Positions 27,444-37,801 of a stretch of 64,000 nt of DNA are shown in pieces. Both the position numbers and the translations under genes were made by a program. The notes beneath the pieces were generated by a model. It was not told where the DNA came from and made no database searches. It saw nothing but the letters and a program-made list of their open reading frames with translations. The DNA lies in the sequence record SRR31156797_1106. The stretch is one strand, 5' to 3'. Numbering within the stretch: position 1 is the stretch's first letter; the number at the start of each line of letters is the position of its first letter.

Positions 27444-29579
27444 TTAATTTTTAGCTGGCAGTAGGGCACTAAATGTTGTGCCCATGTTGTTGCTTTGGCA
27501 CAATATGGTGCCGCCCATCTCTTCTATCAGTTTTTTAATGATCGCAAGCCCTAGGCCAGAATGTCCATTATGTTTAGTGGTGAACCCGGGGCTGTAAATA
27601 TTTTCCATGTGCTCCTTCTGGATACCTGTCCCGTTATCCGAAATTGCAATGGTAACCATGTTGTCCATTGTGCCTGTTTTTATCTCTATGCGTCCTTTAT
27701 CGCTGGCAGCATCAATTGCATTGTTGAGCAGGTTGATTATTATCTGGCGTATGCTGTCTGCATTTGCCATGATCAAAGGATCGGCTGGATCGGGGCTGAA
27801 CAGAATATCAGCTGGGCACTCTTTGGCTGGTGACGCTTCATAGAGTTCCAATATGGTTCCCAGGAGCTTGTTGATGTCAATGGCGGTAAGCTGACGGGCA
27901 GCTTGTTCTTGGGCTAGGTCCTGTAGTTGTTCCGTTAAGTGGCCAATGCGGGTCAATTCTTCATCAATGGTCGTCAGTTCAGAATTAATATCCTGGCCAT
28001 CCCTGCTTTTTATTTTAAGAATATGCGTATAGTTTTTAAGGATTGCCACAGGGTTATTTATTTCATGGGCTACTTTTTTTGCCAACTGGGAGGCGGCGTC
28101 AATTCGTTCCTGCAGTAACCTATCAGCTTGTCGCTGGTGGACTTGCTCTAAATAAAGCGCAATTCCAGCGTGCTGAGCCAAAATATGGACGGGAGTCAGT
28201 TGGCTGAGCAATCTTTTTTGCTCTTCTTGTTGAAGGGCAATTATGAGAAGCCCCTGAACTTCATTTTTGTAGACCATGGGTATTGCTGAAAATGCATCTT
28301 TGTTAAAGAGGTGGAGCAATTGCTGGTCAAGCAGGCTCAACTTTCTGGGCTGTTTGTCTGAGTTGCTAAATGAGTGAATCACGGCTTTATTCAGAACAGC
28401 CCTTTCAAGCAGGCTGCTGCCTTCATTTTCTACTGTAAAATGAAATTGATCAACAGTGCCTGAAAGGCTGCTTTTGGGCGACACTTGGCCTTGGAGTTGA
28501 GTGCAGTCGCGATCGGCCCAGGTGAAAAAAAGACAGGCGTCTTCATTGAAGAGAATTCTCAGGCTCTGCTCAATTACAAGCATCATCTGTTCTCTGTTTT
28601 CAACTTTAAGAAGTTCTTCCAGGCTTCCTGTGAGCTGAGTAATGTCACGGACGCGGTTGATGAGTCCTAAGGAGCTTTGCTTGTGCATCTCTTCGTTCTC
28701 TTTGTCTTGCTCCATGGAAGATTTGGCAGGGGACGGGATACGGATATTAAAATCATCTGCTATCAGTGCGATTTGCTCATCTGTGCCAGCAGTGATTGAT
28801 TCAAGCTGTGCAGGTGATATCTGCAGGAGGCGATACGCTGTTTCTATTATATCCCCATCATCTGGTTCGCCGTGGCTTAAGAGGTCCGCCAGGGTTGTAA
28901 TCTTGGTCAGGGGGAGGGCTTGAGCCACCTCAGTGACCGGATGGTGGTGGTACCTGACAGCGTCACCAAGAGTGGAGGGAAGCTGCCACTGTTGACAAAG
29001 CCATCCCCCAGCCTCACAGTGATCGATATCGAATTTATCCTTTTCCAGGAATGCCAGTCTGGCATCATGGCAGCGAACACCTTTTAACAAAAGCGGTGCA
29101 TACTGGCCTGGAAAGGCCATCCATAAGATAAGCTTGCCTATATCGTGGAGCAGGCCAGCCAGGTATGCTTCAGAGGCGGAAGGGAATGAAATGGTTTTTG
29201 CTATGTTTTGGGCAAGAAGCGCATTTTGGAAGCTATGGTACCAGAATCTATCCAAAGAGAGTAGACTGTTGGGGTCGCTCCGTCTGAACACCTGTTGTAC
29301 AGAAACGCTGATAGCAAGGTTTTTGATTACATCACCACCCAAAAATACAATGGCCTGACCAACGTCTGTGAATTTTTTTCGACTACCGATAAAAGCAGAA
29401 TTAACCAATTGGAGGATTTTTGCACTTATAGGCGCGTCTTTGGTGACCACCTTGACGACTTCTTGCAGATCAATATCCTGCCCGTGACAGATGTCAATGA
29501 GCTGGACAAGCACTTGTGGCATGCTTGGCAAGTTTCCAGAAATTTTAAGGTTATCAAGAGCTATATTTCTGCCGTTCAT
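27444..29579 (-). CDS. HDOD-GAF-like-histidine kinase
   Basis: LPSMP, D..ISAKILQLVNS, AGLLHDIGK, W.LP....AVRYHH; AHEINNP; DNGTG, GLGL. Confidence 0.88.
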   Translation of the reverse strand: MNGRNIALDNLKISGNLPSMPQVLVQLIDICHGQDIDLQEVVKVVTKDAPISAKILQLVNSAFIGSRKKFTDVGQAIVFLGGDVIKNLAISVSVQQVFRRSDPNSLLSLDRFWYHSFQNALLAQNIAKTISFPSASEAYLAGLLHDIGKLILWMAFPGQYAPLLLKGVRCHDARLAFLEKDKFDIDHCEAGGWLCQQWQLPSTLGDAVRYHHHPVTEVAQALPLTKITTLADLLSHGEPDDGDIIETAYRLLQISPAQLESITAGTDEQIALIADDFNIRIPSPAKSSMEQDKENEEMHKQSSLGLINRVRDITQLTGSLEELLKVENREQMMLVIEQSLRILFNEDACLFFTWADRDCTQLQGQVSPKSSLSGTVDQFHFTVENEGSSLLERAVLNKAVIHSFSNSDKQPRKLSLLDQQLLHLFNKDAFSAIPMVYKNEVQGLLIIALQQEEQKRLLSQLTPVHILAQHAGIALYLEQVHQRQADRLLQERIDAASQLAKKVAHEINNPVAILKNYTHILKIKSRDGQDINSELTTIDEELTRIGHLTEQLQDLAQEQAARQLTAIDINKLLGTILELYEASPAKECPADILFSPDPADPLIMANADSIRQIIINLLNNAIDAASDKGRIEIKTGTMDNMVTIAISDNGTGIQKEHMENIYSPGFTTKHNGHSGLGLAIIKKLIEEMGGTILCQSNNMGTTFSALLPAKN

Positions 29580-29882
29580 CCTGTGGTGGCAACAAAAGTA
29601 AAAAGGTTAATAATTGGAATAGGTATAATTACCTAGTTAACAAATATAAATTTTTTAATCAATGGATTAAAATGTATAAAATTTTGTATTTCGGCTGAGG
29701 TCATGTTTCAGTAGACCTTTATGCCTGTGTTGTGAGCAACGTTGGTTCTGGTTGGTGCGGTTGATTCGCTTTGTTTTAAGAAATATAACTTGACCCTGTC
29801 TTCAGTGGTTAGGTAGGGTTGCATCCTAAGCGATGTATACCGCAAATGAAAAAATGTGTTTCTTAGCTTGAAGGGGAAAAGA

Positions 29883-30245
29883 ATGCGTAAAAGAAGGTTG
29901 ATTCGTAGTTTCTTAAGTGTTGTTAGTCTTGCAATCATTGTTGCTCTGTCAGGCTGTGCCAAGCAGAAAACCTACGGAGCCGTTAAGTTTACCAGTAATC
30001 CTGTTGGAGCAGAAGTTATCAATCTCAAGGATGATGCAACATTGGGGCATACCCATACTCCATTGGTCGTTTTTTGGGAGGCTGAAGACGGCAAGGCGGA
30101 ATATGTGACGGTGCAGATGCGTAAGAGTGGGTACCGGGAGGAGATTACCTCGTTTTGGGTCAATACACGACATGCGACCAGAGAGGAGGCCGAGCAAGAA
30201 GCGCAGCCGATCATTGTTGACATGATTAAAAGGAGCAGGAAATAA
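29883..30245 (+). CDS. PEGA-like lipoprotein
   Basis: Lipobox LSGC; FTSNPVGAEV..LG..TPL..KSGY. Confidence 0.7.
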   Translation: MRKRRLIRSFLSVVSLAIIVALSGCAKQKTYGAVKFTSNPVGAEVINLKDDATLGHTHTPLVVFWEAEDGKAEYVTVQMRKSGYREEITSFWVNTRHATREEAEQEAQPIIVDMIKRSRK

Positions 30246-30646
30246 TGAATCTACAAAATCTAATTTCTTCGACACCTCTTGCGAAATGTGTACTTTTGGG
30301 GGTTGCTGCATCCATGCTAGTTGTATCCGGCTGTTCGTCTAAAACAGCTGCCGTGCGTTTCAAAGTGAACTCACAACCAGAAGGATCCCATGTACTATAC
30401 AAGGCGTCTGGAAAAGATTTACCATGTAGTGGTAAATGGATTTACCTCGGCAATACCCCCCTGCGAGGCGTGCACCAGTTTAGCGAAAAACAACTGGAAA
30501 ATACGGGTAAAATTACCATGAAAGTCATGCATGATGGTTATCTAGACCAAACAAGGGAGTGGGACGGTCCCAGCTTTTGGGAGGAGGTTGAAGGGCGTGG
30601 TGTTATTTTTTGGACTCCCGAGTTGATTCCGTCAGCAGGGCAGTAG
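30245..30646 (+). CDS. PEGA-like lipoprotein
   Basis: Lipobox VSGC; VNSQPEGSHV..LGNTPL..HDGY; TAATG coupling. Confidence 0.7.
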   Translation: MNLQNLISSTPLAKCVLLGVAASMLVVSGCSSKTAAVRFKVNSQPEGSHVLYKASGKDLPCSGKWIYLGNTPLRGVHQFSEKQLENTGKITMKVMHDGYLDQTREWDGPSFWEEVEGRGVIFWTPELIPSAGQ

Positions 30647-30699
30647 GTATACGGCGCAGTATTTTTTTTTAACAACTCTTTTTTAATTGAGTGCTTGAT

Positions 30700-31797
30700 A
30701 TGCAGGTAAATGGGCAAAGTTATCGATCCATTTGGATGGATACGGACGGCGTGACCGTTAATATAATAGATCAGACAAGGCTGCCGCACGAATTTGTAGT
30801 CCACAGTCTTGCCACTGTGGAAGATGCAATTGTTGCAATCAAAGACATGCAGGTGCGAGGCGCTCCGTTAATTGGTGCGACTGCTGCGTATGGTATCTGT
30901 CTCGGCCTCCGTGAGGAATGTACTCAGAAGCAGCTCGACCGGATAAGCAAGCGCCTTGTCGGTTGCAGGCCCACGGCAATCAATTTGCAGTGGGCAGTCG
31001 AGCGGTTATACACATTGTTGGGCAAACACCCGGTAGAGGATTGGCTTGCGCTTGCCTATAAGGAGGCCGCATTTCTCTGTGAGGAAGATTGCAAGGTGAA
31101 CGAGGCAATTGGCGATCATGGAGCTGCCATTATTGCCCGCCTCTGGGAAGAGAAGCAGGAGACGGGCAGGTTAGACATACTGACCCACTGCAATGCCGGG
31201 TGGCTGGCAACGGTAGACTGGGGTACGGCATTGGCACCTGTGTATAAAGCTGCTCAAGCTGGAATTCCTGTGCATGTGTGGGTGGATGAGACCAGGCCGA
31301 GAAACCAGGGTGCTCACCTGACTGCCTGGGAGTTGCAAGCGGCAGGTATTGATCATCATCTGGTGGTTGACAATGCCGGAGGGTATTTGATGCAGCACGG
31401 TATGGTTGACCTTTGTATTGTGGGAACAGACCGCACTGCGGCAAACGGCGATGTGTGCAACAAGATCGGGACCTATCTCAAGGCCTTGGCTGCTGCAGAT
31501 AACAATATTCCGTTTTACGTAGCCTTGCCAGGGGCAACCATAGACTGGTCAACAGATAATGGAGTTAAAAACATCCCCATTGAGGAGCGAGATGCGGAAG
31601 AAGTGTTGTTTATTCAGGGAAGGAGTGCGACGACTGGTGCTGTAGACCGGGTGGAAATCGCCCAGCAGGAAACTCTTGCCTATAACCCAGCTTTTGACGT
31701 TACCCCCGCCCATTTGGTTACCGGGCTCATTACTGAACGCGGAGTAGTTGAGGCAGGCCGCGAAGGTTTACTTTCTCTTTATCCGGAAAAGAGATAA
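30700..31797 (+). CDS. mtnA: Methylthioribose-1-phosphate isomerase
   Basis: DQTRLP, VRGAPLIG, RPTAINL, THCNAGWLAT, DETRPRNQG, NKIGT, NPAFDVTP. Confidence 0.95.
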   Translation: MQVNGQSYRSIWMDTDGVTVNIIDQTRLPHEFVVHSLATVEDAIVAIKDMQVRGAPLIGATAAYGICLGLREECTQKQLDRISKRLVGCRPTAINLQWAVERLYTLLGKHPVEDWLALAYKEAAFLCEEDCKVNEAIGDHGAAIIARLWEEKQETGRLDILTHCNAGWLATVDWGTALAPVYKAAQAGIPVHVWVDETRPRNQGAHLTAWELQAAGIDHHLVVDNAGGYLMQHGMVDLCIVGTDRTAANGDVCNKIGTYLKALAAADNNIPFYVALPGATIDWSTDNGVKNIPIEERDAEEVLFIQGRSATTGAVDRVEIAQQETLAYNPAFDVTPAHLVTGLITERGVVEAGREGLLSLYPEKR

Positions 31798-32429
31798 TGG
31801 CAGAGAAAGGATTGCGTGAGCAGCTTATTGCAACTGCCCAAGCGATGAACAACAGCGGCTTGAACCAGGGAACTTCCGGTAATGTGAGTGTCCGCAGTGG
31901 GGATGGATTTTTGCTGACGCCCTCGGCTTTAGCCTATGATCAGTGTAAACCGCAGGATTTGGTTTTGATGGATATGTCTGGGCAGTGTACAGGTATGCGA
32001 AAACCGTCTACAGAGTGGCGGATGCACAGGGACCTTTATGTGGAAAACCCTGATATAGGGTGTATCCTTCATGCCCATGCAACGTGGTGTACGACGCTGG
32101 CTTGCCTGGAAAAGTCTATCCCTTCTTTTCATTATATGGTTGCTATCGCCGGCGGCGACAGTATCCCTCTAGCGCCATATGCTCCCTTTGGCAGCCAGGA
32201 ACTCTCCGATGCCCTTTTACGTGCCCTGCAGGGGCGACGAGCCTGTTTGTTGGCTCATCACGGAGTTGTGTGTTTTACCAAAAAGCTTGAAAATTTGCTG
32301 CCGCTGGCTATCGAGATAGAGGCGCTTGCAAAGATCTATGTTCTGGCCTTGCAGGTAGGCTCCCCTCCACTTTTATCGGATGAGCAGATGCAGGATGTGT
32401 TGCAACGATTCTCATCATATAAGCCATAA
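31797..32429 (+). CDS. Class II aldolase (FucA/Ald2-like)
   Basis: GTSGNVS, PSTEWRMH, HAH, FHYMVAIAGG, HHG; TAATG coupling to mtnA. Confidence 0.88.
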   Translation: MAEKGLREQLIATAQAMNNSGLNQGTSGNVSVRSGDGFLLTPSALAYDQCKPQDLVLMDMSGQCTGMRKPSTEWRMHRDLYVENPDIGCILHAHATWCTTLACLEKSIPSFHYMVAIAGGDSIPLAPYAPFGSQELSDALLRALQGRRACLLAHHGVVCFTKKLENLLPLAIEIEALAKIYVLALQVGSPPLLSDEQMQDVLQRFSSYKP

Positions 32430-32430
32430 C

Positions 32431-32468
32431 AAAGAGGGCCGTTCGATTGATTCGAATGGCCCTTTTTT
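32431..32468. terminator. Bidirectional intrinsic terminator
   Basis: aaagagggccgttcga...tcgaatggccctttttt. Confidence 0.8.
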
Positions 32469-32517
32469 GTGTCCCAAAAGCAGTGGATACATGACCCCGC
32501 CAGTATGGCTCAGCCGG

Positions 32518-34692
32518 TTAGCCCAGGGTGAGCAGCATACCTATTTGATACACAGCTACTGCCATCCCAAAGGCGAATACAGTATTGAATGCCATGGAAA
32601 AAAAGGCCCATTTCCAAGAGCCTGACTCCTTGGCGATGCAGATAACTGTCACAAAGCAGGGAGCGTAAAACATTATAAACAGGAGCACAGCCAGAGCAAC
32701 AATCGGATTCCATGCTGGGTCACTGGCAAGTCTTTGGGTCAAAGAGGTAGATTCATCGGTGGCAACACCACCAATGGAATAAGCCGTGCCGAGAGTGGAA
32801 ATGATAACTTCTTTAGCCGCAAAACCACCGAGTAGGGCGATATTTGTGCGCCAGTCAATACCGGCAAGTTGACTGGCAGGTTCAAGGGCAATGCCGATAC
32901 GACCGGCGATGGAATGTTTAAGTCCTGCCGCAGCCTGTTCCGTATTTAGGGTATGTAGAGCTTTATTGGCAACGGTACTATCAGCTTGAGTGGATTGTTG
33001 AATGATTTCCTGGCGTTTTTGGTCATAGGAGGCGATTTGCTCTTCCGGTAGTCCCGGGTAAGTCATCATTGCCCACAGCAGTATTGAAATGCCAAGGATT
33101 ACTGTCCCCGCCTTTTTTATATATTGCCATGTTCGTTCCCAGGTGTGGATGACAAGTCCGTTAATGGTTGGAAATCGGTAAGGGGGTAACTCCATGACAA
33201 AAGGGGTTGACTCACCTTTGAGCACTGTCATCCTCAAAAATTTTGCAGCACATAAAGCAACGACCCAGGAAATAACGGTTGCAAGAAACATATACCGAGC
33301 TTGGTGGTCTGCAAAGAAGGCGCCGATGAGCAAGGTTAGTACCGGGAGCTTCGCACCACAGTTCATGAACGGTACTGTTAGCAGGGTTGCCATCCTCTCT
33401 TTAGGTGATCGAAGGGTTCTGGTTGCCATGACTCCAGGTACTGCACAGCCTCCGGCAATTCCACCGGATATAATGAAGGGCATGACCGACGATCCATGGA
33501 GGCCAAAGGCATGGAAAATACGGTCCATCATAAAAGCGACTCGCGCCAAATATCCGCTGTCTTCCAGGATTGCTATGCCAAAAAACATGAACATGATTAT
33601 AGGGACAAAACCGAGTACGCCTCCGACTCCATCGATGACCCCAGACATAAGCATGGACTTCAGGGGGCCGTCTGCCAGCACTGAATCAACAGTATTGCTG
33701 AGCAGGTCGAAAAAGGAGGCGAAAAGGTCTACTAGAAAGGTGCTGGAGTTGAATGTAAATGCATAGAGTCCAAAAAGGATCAAAGCCATAATTAATGGCC
33801 CCAGTACTCTGTGGGTCACAATTTTATCGATTTTGTCTGAAGTGTAAAGCCTGTCTCCGACAAATTTCTCCGTGACGATATTTTGCCGCATTATGGATTT
33901 AATAAACCCATAGCGATGGTCAGCAATAACTGCCTCCGGGTAGACACCAGCTGTTTGCTGTAAATGTCCAGTTACTTGATCACAGTATTTTTTGAGCTGA
34001 TGGGTCCCTTCAAGGTTTACAGCAGTGGATTTTTCGTAGACCTGCTCATCGTTTTCGAGGAGCTTGACCCCGATCCATCGTGCTGGATATGTATCAGTTA
34101 GTAGAGAATGTTTATTGATGATGGGGACCATTTCGCTAAGGGCTTCATCAATGTCTGAGCCATATCTGAGAAATGCCGGTTCAGGAGTGGTTCCGGTTTG
34201 CGCTGTTTGAATAACGGTATCAAGCAGCTGGTCAACTCCTTTACCTGAACGGGCTATAATCGGGATAACCGGCACCCCTAAAATGTCACTGAGTTTTTCA
34301 TGATCAATGAGCAGCCCCCTGTTTTCAGCGACATCAATCATGTTTAAGGCGATAACCAGCGGGATTCCCAATTCTAAAAACTGGCAGGTAAGGTACAGGT
34401 TTCTTTCAAGGTTGGAGGCATCAAGAATGTTGATGACCATTTGTGGTTTTTCGTCAATCAGGTAGTCCCTGGCAACAAGTTCTTCAGAAGAGTAGGCTGT
34501 TAAAGAGTAGGTGCCCGGGAGGTCGACAATGCTCAGTCCTTGTTGGTTGTGGAGGCAGCATCCTTGTATATGCTCCACCGTAATACCTGGGTAATTCCCT
34601 ACATGTTGACGTAATCCAGTCAGGTAATTAAAGAGCGTTGTCTTTCCGGCATTGGGATTTCCAGCCAGAGCTATATTTATAACCGTGTCCAT
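32518..34692 (-). CDS. feoB: Ferrous iron transporter B
   Basis: GNPNAGKT, VGNYPGITVE, DLPGTYSL, NMID, LEDSGY, YAPC. Confidence 0.96.
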   Translation of the reverse strand: MDTVINIALAGNPNAGKTTLFNYLTGLRQHVGNYPGITVEHIQGCCLHNQQGLSIVDLPGTYSLTAYSSEELVARDYLIDEKPQMVINILDASNLERNLYLTCQFLELGIPLVIALNMIDVAENRGLLIDHEKLSDILGVPVIPIIARSGKGVDQLLDTVIQTAQTGTTPEPAFLRYGSDIDEALSEMVPIINKHSLLTDTYPARWIGVKLLENDEQVYEKSTAVNLEGTHQLKKYCDQVTGHLQQTAGVYPEAVIADHRYGFIKSIMRQNIVTEKFVGDRLYTSDKIDKIVTHRVLGPLIMALILFGLYAFTFNSSTFLVDLFASFFDLLSNTVDSVLADGPLKSMLMSGVIDGVGGVLGFVPIIMFMFFGIAILEDSGYLARVAFMMDRIFHAFGLHGSSVMPFIISGGIAGGCAVPGVMATRTLRSPKERMATLLTVPFMNCGAKLPVLTLLIGAFFADHQARYMFLATVISWVVALCAAKFLRMTVLKGESTPFVMELPPYRFPTINGLVIHTWERTWQYIKKAGTVILGISILLWAMMTYPGLPEEQIASYDQKRQEIIQQSTQADSTVANKALHTLNTEQAAAGLKHSIAGRIGIALEPASQLAGIDWRTNIALLGGFAAKEVIISTLGTAYSIGGVATDESTSLTQRLASDPAWNPIVALAVLLFIMFYAPCFVTVICIAKESGSWKWAFFSMAFNTVFAFGMAVAVYQIGMLLTLG

Positions 34693-34835
34693 GCGAAGAG
34701 TACCAGGAAGTCAGAATGTTGGTTTGAATCGTTTAGGGGGTGGCTATAGTTGACAGCCACGTAGATCTGGAAGCGTGTAAAAAAAATATATCGAAGCGGA
34801 AAAAAGGGGTGTTTCCAAGAGCTTGCAGCATGATT

Positions 34836-35012
34836 TCAATCGCTTGACTTTTGGGTGCAAGCATCGACGTTGGACAAGCTGTCACCGGGGGTGCAGGTTG
34901 AGCAACCGCCTCCGCAGTGCCCTGTCGCCTGTGAGGTAAATGCTTTCCAAATTTTGCGGGCAATAAAGACTACCGCAATGCAGATAATGATAATAACGAT
35001 AGCGCGTTGCAT
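34836..35012 (-). CDS. FeoB-associated Cys-rich small membrane protein (58 aa)
   Basis: Below ORF-track cutoff. Manual translation MQRAIVIIIICIAVVFIARKIWKAFTSQATGHCGGGCSTCTPGDSLSNVDACTQKSSD; AGGA upstream. Confidence 0.8.
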   Translation of the reverse strand: MQRAIVIIIICIAVVFIARKIWKAFTSQATGHCGGGCSTCTPGDSLSNVDACTQKSSD

Positions 35013-35060
35013 GCTCTTTACGTCCTGTGAAGAAAGGATTTGGTGCTGCGGGTAACGGGT

Positions 35061-35378
35061 TTAAACCGGTGCCACCTGAATACTGGCCGCCGAAATATCA
35101 TCTAAGCTGATAGTCCCGCCATTAATTTTTACCATGCACTGATTGCCATTACCTTTACACAGCAATTCTATTTCTTTACCGGGTGTAAGGCCAAGGTTGG
35201 CCATTTGGGCACATGTTTTTCGGTCTCCGTTGACAGAGCACACTTTAAGCTTGCCGCATAAACAGGCCTCATGCAAAGGGTGAGGAATTGAACAATGTCC
35301 TCTTTTTTTGCCTTTCATACACCGTTTTTTAACACCGTTAAAAAAGCAGCATGTTTTTTGGAAGTGGTTGTTTTTCAT
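35061..35378 (-). CDS. feoA: FeoA-family protein with Cys/His-rich N-terminus
   Basis: MANLGLTPGKEIEL..VKINGGTISL....A..I.V; start uncertain. Confidence 0.8.
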   Translation of the reverse strand: MKNNHFQKTCCFFNGVKKRCMKGKKRGHCSIPHPLHEACLCGKLKVCSVNGDRKTCAQMANLGLTPGKEIELLCKGNGNQCMVKINGGTISLDDISAASIQVAPV

Positions 35379-35483
35379 GTATTCTATATTCTACAAGATT
35401 TTGCTTCCAAAGAGTTCTGCAGATGGTGATGCATTTCACCGACATTTTCTTTCTGCAACTATGCTCTGAGTAAAAAACACAAG

Positions 35484-35501
35484 TGTTAGGTACACCAAAC
35501 A
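35484..35501. promoter_or_regulatory. Candidate DtxR/IdeR/MntR-type operator
   Basis: Imperfect palindrome tgttaggtacaccaaaca next to a minus-strand TTGACA (35510-35515) upstream of the feo genes. Confidence 0.45.
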
Positions 35502-35697
35502 TTGATCACTGTCAACAAATTTGCCAATGGAGAAATTAGCTGATGGTAAAAAAATAATGCAGTTTGAAGAGGATTCTGCGGCTGTGCAGGAAAAGGATAT
35601 ATGGGGCAGTGTGCGTGTAGTCGATAAACTGGCTGCATTATGCAGGCTGAAGCTGCACTAAGGGGTGCAACTGGTCCCTATGTTTTTTTATGTGGAG

Positions 35698-35731
35698 AGC
35701 CGACCGGATATGGAAGGAGATCCGGTCGGCT
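35698..35731. terminator. GC-rich hairpin between feoA paralogs
   Basis: agccgaccggat-N10-atccggtcggct, perfect 12-bp stem; no clear U tract. Confidence 0.5.
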
Positions 35732-35792
35732 GGTAATCAGGAGGTGACGACTGAGCTGCGGGAAGGCAAACTTGTGGGAAATAAAAGACTCT

Positions 35793-36023
35793 TTAAATCT
35801 CGACTTCTATAAAATCAGCTTCATTGTTGCGGAGGGTCAAAGTGCTGCCCATCACTCGTAAGGCGACCGGATCGTTGAGTGGTGCCCGTTGCTTTATAGT
35901 AATTTCGCTGCCAGGTACCAGGCCCATTTCTCTAATCCGTCGTCCCAGCTCACCGTCCGCTCGGACAGCAGTAATGGTACCGCTTTGGTTAATCGACATT
36001 TTTCTAAGATTGACGATGGTCAT
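35793..36023 (-). CDS. feoA: FeoA
   Basis: RRIREMGLVPG, APLNDP, LTLRNNEA. Confidence 0.93.
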   Translation of the reverse strand: MTIVNLRKMSINQSGTITAVRADGELGRRIREMGLVPGSEITIKQRAPLNDPVALRVMGSTLTLRNNEADFIEVEI

Positions 36024-36084
36024 AGTGAGTGTGTCATAATTAAGTAGTGATTATTTGGTAGACAAAGAGTGGGCTGTTTCCATC

Positions 36085-37782
36085 TCACTTTTTCTTTTTT
36101 CCTGCCAGTTTAGCCCAACTGTCGCGCAATGTGACAATTCGATTGAAAACAGGATGTTGTGGGCGGCTGTGTTCGCTGTCTATGCAAAAATATCCCTGAC
36201 GCTCGAATTGGAATCTATCGCTGATGGCGGCACTCGCAAGACTTGGCTCAAGGCGGCAATTAGACAGTATCTGCAGTGAATCGGGGTTTAAAAAATCCTT
36301 GAATGAGACTTCTTTGTCGGCATCCGGAAATTCTTCGGTAAAAAGTCTGTCGTACAATCTTACTTCTGCCTGTAGGGAGTGCGCAGCGGAAACCCAGTGG
36401 ATGGTACCCTTCACCTTGCGACCATCAGGCGCATTTCCGCCACGGGTCTCGGGGTCATAGGTACAGTGTAATTCTACGACTTCCCCATTGTCGTCTTTTA
36501 TCACTTCTGTGCAGGTAATAAAGTAAGCATATCGCAACCGAACTTCCCTGCCCTCAGATAGGCGAAAGAATTTTTTAGGTGCGTTTTCCATAAAGTCGGA
36601 ACGCTCAATGAACAGTTCCCTGGAAAAGGGAAGCTCGCGTTTACCCATATCAGGGTTTTGCGGGTGGTTGAGTGCTTCCAGTGTTTCTGTGGACTCTTCT
36701 GGGTAGTTGGTAATGACGACCTTTAACGGGTCGAGGACGCCTAGTACCCGAGGAGCGTTGGGGTTAAGGTCGTCACGGATAGCATTTTCCAATACGCCCA
36801 TGTCTATCCAAGATTCTCTTTTGCCAACCCCTATACCGTCACAAAAAGACCTGATAGATGCAGGGGTGTACCCCCTGCGGCGAAGTCCTGACAGGGTTAG
36901 CATCCTGGGGTCATCCCATCCTGACACCTGGGACTCTTCAACAAGTTGGAGCAGTTTTCGTTTGCTGGTAACTGTGTAGTTGATGTTGAGTCGTGCAAAT
37001 TCTATCTGCCGGGGGTGACAGGGTGTTTGCAGCGTGTCAAGCACCCAGTCATAGAGCGGCCGGTTGTTTTCAAACTCGAGGGTACACAGTGAATGGGTGA
37101 CATTTTCAAGCATGTCTGACAGGCAATGAGTGAAGTCATACATTGGATAGATGCACCACTTGTCACCTGTGCGATGATGGCTGGTTTTCATGATCCTGTA
37201 CAGTACCGGATCGCGCATCAAGAAATTAGGAGATGCCATATCTATTTTGGCACGGAGTACGCTGGCACCTTCGTCTAGCTCACCGCTGCGCATCTGTTCA
37301 AATAGCTCCAGGTTTTCTTCTTTGCTACGATCGCGATACGGGCTTTCCGTACCGGGCTCAGTAAGGGTGCCCCTATAGGTTCGCATTTCTTCGCCGTTTA
37401 AGTGACAGACATAGGCCTTTCCCATTTCTATCAGTTTTACTGCAAAATTATAGAGTTGATCAAAGTAATCTGATGCATAGTAGAGATGCTCTCCCCAGTC
37501 ATAACCGAGCCAGTGCACGTCTTTTTTAATTGCTTCAACATATTCGCTGGATTCTTTTCCCGGATTGGTGTCGTCTAAACGGAGATGACAGGTACCTTTG
37601 TTTTCCGCGGCCGCTCCAAAGTTGAGGCAGATGGATTTGGCATGACCAATATGCAAAAAGCCGTTGGGCTCTGGTGGAAAGCGGGTAATAATTTCCTTGT
37701 GTTTATTGGTGGCTATATCTTCAACGATGATCTGACGGATAAAGTCCAGCGGTTTGTCGGTCTTGGGTGTTTCTGTGTTCAT
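36085..37782 (-). CDS. glnS: Glutamine--tRNA ligase
   Basis: [38 protein letters not shown]; start at MNTETP. Confidence 0.96.
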   Translation of the reverse strand: MNTETPKTDKPLDFIRQIIVEDIATNKHKEIITRFPPEPNGFLHIGHAKSICLNFGAAAENKGTCHLRLDDTNPGKESSEYVEAIKKDVHWLGYDWGEHLYYASDYFDQLYNFAVKLIEMGKAYVCHLNGEEMRTYRGTLTEPGTESPYRDRSKEENLELFEQMRSGELDEGASVLRAKIDMASPNFLMRDPVLYRIMKTSHHRTGDKWCIYPMYDFTHCLSDMLENVTHSLCTLEFENNRPLYDWVLDTLQTPCHPRQIEFARLNINYTVTSKRKLLQLVEESQVSGWDDPRMLTLSGLRRRGYTPASIRSFCDGIGVGKRESWIDMGVLENAIRDDLNPNAPRVLGVLDPLKVVITNYPEESTETLEALNHPQNPDMGKRELPFSRELFIERSDFMENAPKKFFRLSEGREVRLRYAYFITCTEVIKDDNGEVVELHCTYDPETRGGNAPDGRKVKGTIHWVSAAHSLQAEVRLYDRLFTEEFPDADKEVSFKDFLNPDSLQILSNCRLEPSLASAAISDRFQFERQGYFCIDSEHSRPQHPVFNRIVTLRDSWAKLAGKKKK

Positions 37783-37801
37783 GTGTAATTGAGACCTTTT
37801 T

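Noticed and set aside
34733..34963. 76-aa minus-strand ORF upstream of feoB
   Set aside because: Alternative frame; the 58-aa TM plus Cys-rich ORF at 34836-35012 fits a known feo-associated pattern
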